A DNA stretch of 64,000 nucleotides from Ranitomeya imitator. Its lineage: Eukaryota. Position numbers and translations under genes: made by a program. The DNA is taken from NCBI RefSeq assembly GCF_032444005.1, contig NC_091282.1:419926001-419990000 (forward strand). The letters run 5' to 3'. The notes beneath the pieces are model-generated. The model searched no databases and had not been told where the DNA came from. It saw nothing but the letters and a program-made list of their open reading frames with translations. How positions within the stretch are numbered: position 1 is the stretch's first letter; each line of letters starts with the position of its first letter. Shown one piece after another: positions 61,463 through 64,000 of this stretch.

Positions 61463-62694
61463 TTCACGTGTTTATATACTAGCATTTCTGTCCCAGGCCT
61501 CCTGGGGGAGGGGACAGCTTTGGGTACAACAGGAGAACAGTAAGGCTGGTGGCCCAAACCACCTCACTTTTAGAGGTACCTTTGGGAGCAGAGATAGTTA
61601 GAGTCCCAGCCCTAGGAACAGTGCACAGCTCTTTTCACCTATTTACGTACAGTCACAGTGTGACAGGCATGGTATTAATATTATTAAACATAATTATGTT
61701 CAATGAGATTTTTTTACTTGGTTTATTTGAAAAAAATAAAAATAAAATAAGTTAAACTCATTGATGTGCTCCCTACAATCTAATACTCACCTGCAGCACT
61801 GTACAATGCTTGCTTGGTCACCACTGGTCTCTACTTCCTAGTTCCGTCTTGACACATACGGAAATGCCTGCTCAGCCAATCACTGGCTGTAGCTGTGACC
61901 CACCATAGGCAGTGATTGGCTAAGCTTGCATTTCCAGCCATTTTCTGATATGTTGAGATGAGCCTAGGAAATAGAGTCTAATGGGAAAAGCATTGAAATG
62001 TGAGCTGTAGGTGATTAGTGAGGGCAAGCACTACCTCTTTTAATCTTTCAACTAATGTAAAACCTTTTGAAAATATTTTTTTTCTCTCCTGTAAAATAAC
62101 TTTAATGCTATTGTTAACTAACTATTGATAAATATATTGTTCAAAGTAATGTGCCCCAGAGTAAGGGTTCATTTACATGAGCAGATAATCTTTTAATCAT
62201 CTCATCTGATCTGATAAGTGATACTATTTATTTTGAAAAATATTTAGACGTGAGAGTCCTCAGTGGTTGATACCTTTTAATAGCTAACTGAAAAGATGGT
62301 AACAAATTGCAAGCTTATTTTGAATACATTAATTCATAAAGTATTGTCCAAACATTTCTGGTGATAATGTACAAAATAAAATATAATCAAATTAGCTCTA
62401 AAATGTTCTAATTCACGGTTTTGTACCAACAGTTGCATTTTCATCAATAATAAAGATACTCTTGCAATCACCACAGACACCACAGTACAATCTGCACGTG
62501 ACCATAGTATCTGAGTCTCATCACTCCATCCCCGGGGGTTAACGTCTGGTGACGAGGGTCTGGATTCTGCGCGGACCCTTCTGCGTCTGGCCCTGGATCC
62601 AACATAAAAAAATGTTGGGCATCAGTGCAGATGCTTTCCTCCTCTAGATTCTGGGAATCTTTGGAGCAGACCTCTGAGGCCCATGAAATAGAAC

Positions 62695-63031
62695 TAGATT
62701 TCTCCCGGAGATCCCCTCTACTCTGGAACTGTGTACCCCAATATATCATATTCTACCATGGGAACCTTCAAAAGGAACCTGAAGAAATACCTCTTCCGAC
62801 AAGCCTACAACCCACACTAATTATCACTCTGCCATACTACTGCATAAGCAGCTCTACCCTCGCCTATTGTATCTTCATCCATCCCTTGTAGACTGTGATT
62901 CCTTATGGGCAGGGTCCTCTCTCCCCCAGTAGCTGTCAGTGACTTGTATTGTTTAAGATTATTGTACTTGCTTTTATTATCTATAACCCTTTTCACATAA
63001 ATGGCACTATAAAAATAAATAATAATAATAA
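62695..63031 (+). mobile_element. L2 LINE 3' end
   Basis: DFSRRSPLLWN..PQ...FKRNLKKYLFRQAYN* followed by the typical 3' UTR (TAGACTGTGA...GGGCAGGGTCCTCTC...ATAAATAATAATAATA). Confidence 0.8.
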
Positions 63032-64000
63032 TACTGCGGTGCGCCTGACAAAGAAAGGGAGTCAAGGAGACGTACAGTAACTGAAGTTTTCAAAAAACTG
63101 CGGAATTATAATATTTCTACTCTGTGAAATTGATGACACTTTAGTGGCGTGTGTCAATAATTTTGGGAAATATTTGTACTCCAAGCTGGGTCTCCTTCAT
63201 GTGGGTTGCCTGAAGCAGTAGGGCTCACAGACTGACAGGCCTGAAATTACTTTCAGTCAACTACCTGTATTACTATCCTTACATTTCTATCACATTTGTG
63301 GTATACCAAGCTGATATATGTGCCACCTGAGTGTGGCTGATCAAAATCACATTTAAGCTGTTGCATGGGGTATCAGGGCTCTAAGCACAGGAGGCTTACA
63401 TCAGTCCGTCACCCACCTCATATTAATTTAAATTTAAATTCAAAGCTGTAAATGCTGGCCCAGAGCCTGATACCTCATGCATGGCCCATGGCTGACTGTT
63501 GCTGTGCAATTATCAAATTTGTACTGTGGGTCAATTGATGCCACTTTTCCGGGCATCTGCCCCTAATTGCACTTTTTGAGCAGCTTTTTGCCCCCCCCAA
63601 AGGTGTTGTCTATTTGTTTGGTTTTGCCTCCCATTGAATTCAATGAGGTTCAGATATGTTGGACCAACTGTTCGTCGAACACCGGTCCACGTTTGAAAGG
63701 TTCGCTCATCTCTACTCCTGATTTCTCACTACAACACAGTTTTATCACAAACGATTTGGATTAGCAAATAGGCTCTCCTGGCTGAACCTCTGTATTAGGC
63801 TTAACGATTATTAAGAGGAAATCTGGCCTTCTGATTCCTTACTGCAACACAGTTTTTCCTAAACGATTTTGAATAGCAAATAGGGCTGCCTGTCACTGTA
63901 ACACAGTTTTAGCAAAATCTGGTTAGATGCTGGAAGGTCGATTTTACACAGGACAGGATCCTATCTAGCTAACTGACGAGTTCACTTTCAGCATCAGCAC

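Noticed and set aside
62250-62316. Fragment resembling the flank of a frog hammerhead-bearing repeat (ends at AAGCTT)
   Set aside because: The core is absent in this copy and the assignment relies on recall only.
40032-64000. PC5A terminal exon and first PC5B-specific exon
   Set aside because: Searched by eye in the non-repeat segments and not found; presumed to lie beyond the window.

Overview
Repeat-saturated vertebrate intronic DNA, most consistent with an anuran (frog/toad) genome; this is inferred from the repeat families and composition. One host gene crosses the window on the minus strand: PCSK5 (proprotein convertase PC5/6). Five cysteine-rich exons of the membrane-bound PC5B/PC6B extension were reconstructed by hand with GT-AG sites and consistent phases (40031-39895, 24822-24625, 21854-21786, 10613-10571, 77-<1). 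The introns contain: a young full-length chromodomain Ty3/Gypsy (Tf1/sushi-type) element and related solo LTRs; several Tc1/mariner elements, one with an intact DD34E transposase; two copies of a 5-6 kb TTAA-flanked piggyBac-like non-autonomous element carrying a ~385-bp satellite and telomeric hexamers; hAT, Harbinger, Chapaev3 and Kolobok-type MITEs; L2 and V-SINE pieces; and Penelope-like foldback elements with hammerhead-ribozyme cores. The most unusual object is a pol-less LTR element (50159-53450, minus) whose single decayed ~500-codon ORF ends in a cold-shock-domain-like motif. All family assignments come from motif recognition without database searches.
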